This document shows positions 25,774 through 26,386 of a stretch of DNA of 26,386 bases, one piece after another (the first letter of the stretch is position 1; each line of letters starts with the position of its first letter). The stretch covers positions 1-26,386 of the forward strand of contig JARKSN010000128.1 in the NCBI GenBank assembly GCA_029974275.1. The letters are read 5' to 3'. The notes beneath the pieces are model-generated. The model did not search any database. It was not told where the DNA came from and saw nothing but the letters and a program-made list of their open reading frames with translations. Both the position numbers and the translations under genes were made by a program. Source of the stretch: Candidatus Hydrogenedentota bacterium (GTDB lineage Bacteria > Hydrogenedentota > Hydrogenedentia > Hydrogenedentales > SLHB01).

Positions 25774-26109
25774 TCAGGCGAGAACGAAAGGAGGGCCGCG
25801 TCGACCGGCAGGAGGCCACAATTTCTGAACCGCCGCGATGGAGGCGAAAGCCGTGCGTCGGCGTTCGACAACGGAAAACGCGGCATAGACAAAACACGCC
25901 GCCGCAAGCAGCGAATCGCCGGCAAGCAAGACGCACAACGCGCAGAGAGGGGGGCCGGAGGCAGGTTCATGATCGTGTCCGCAGGGAATGGCCATGTGGG
26001 CCAATGCGGCCACATATAGAGCCAGCAGACACGCGCCCGTCCATCGCGCGACGTTTCGCCGCGTTGCGCCGCGTCGCGTGTTGCGTATGGGGTCATTCCA
26101 AGAATTCAT
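25774..26109 (-). CDS. Small DUF2946/CruR/CutF-like leader protein with CxxC and terminal RGPP
   Basis: 111 aa: Arg-rich N-terminus, hydrophobic WTGACLLALYVAALA, HMAIPCGHDHE, LCALC, and RRGPP four residues before the stop. It lies just downstream of a good promoter. The RBS is weak and the start is uncertain (ATG 26109 or GTG 26112). Confidence 0.7.
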   Translation of the reverse strand: MNSWNDPIRNTRRGATRRNVARWTGACLLALYVAALAHMAIPCGHDHEPASGPPLCALCVLLAGDSLLAAACFVYAAFSVVERRRTAFASIAAVQKLWPPAGRRGPPFVLA

Positions 26110-26185
26110 CACGCACGACCATTGTCACAAGACGAAAGACAACGAATGCAACAAAACGCCTCACTCATCCCGCCCAGTTTGATTT

Positions 26186-26214
26186 AGAATAGAGAAGCGT
26201 TGTTTTTTTGTCAA
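26186..26214 (-). promoter_or_regulatory. Sigma70-type promoter driving the leader ORF and the DUF1559 gene
   Basis: The minus strand has TTGACA (26214-26209), a 17-nt spacer and TATTCT (26191-26186). Confidence 0.72.
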
Positions 26215-26386
26215 TGGCCCTTCGTGCCAGGGCCATCGCATTAACATTCTGAGCCATTAGGGCTTTTCCGCCCGATATACGTCCCGCTTTTACCATTTGG
26301 CTCCCGAGTTTCGTCTTTGTAGCGCCCGGTCTCTGTGCCGGGCGGTTTTACGGCAAGCGATGCGACGAATCCACGCCATCCCGGAT

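Noticed and set aside
25627..26192. Alternative ORFs overlapping the leader (25627..26019 +, 25767..26192 +, 25710..26096 -)
   Set aside because: They have no recognisable motifs. Only the 25774 frame gives the coherent hydrophobic segment, CxxC and RGPP layout, and the plus-strand ORFs also run against the promoter.

Overview
GC-rich bacterial chromosomal window from a probable anaerobe. The DUF1559 prepilin-like gene and the InlB-B/Flg_new-type repeat surface proteins suggest Candidatus Hydrogenedentes or a PVC-like lineage, which is an inference. In order, it holds: the 3' part of a large repeat-containing protein; a MazG-like gene and an ADP-ribosylglycohydrolase gene; a four-gene operon (stand-alone receiver, hydC, hydB, hydA) for a trimeric NAD(H)-linked [FeFe]-hydrogenase, whose short HydB has non-bifurcating signatures and whose promoter carries a Rex-like palindrome; a secreted SGNH multidomain protein sharing an unassigned ~420-aa C-terminal domain with the first gene; rel and uvrB; a ~26-repeat ankyrin protein; pepF; an AftB-like membrane glycosyltransferase; a renalase-like flavoprotein; a SirB1-like protein; and a DUF1559 gene. 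The most interesting signal is a small, easily missed ORF (hydrophobic segment, His/Cys cluster, CxxC, terminal RGPP) between a strong promoter and the His-tailed DUF1559 gene. It looks like a CruR/CutF (DUF2946)-type metal-responsive ribosome-stalling leader in an unexpected context. No rRNA, tRNA, CRISPR array or mobile element was seen.
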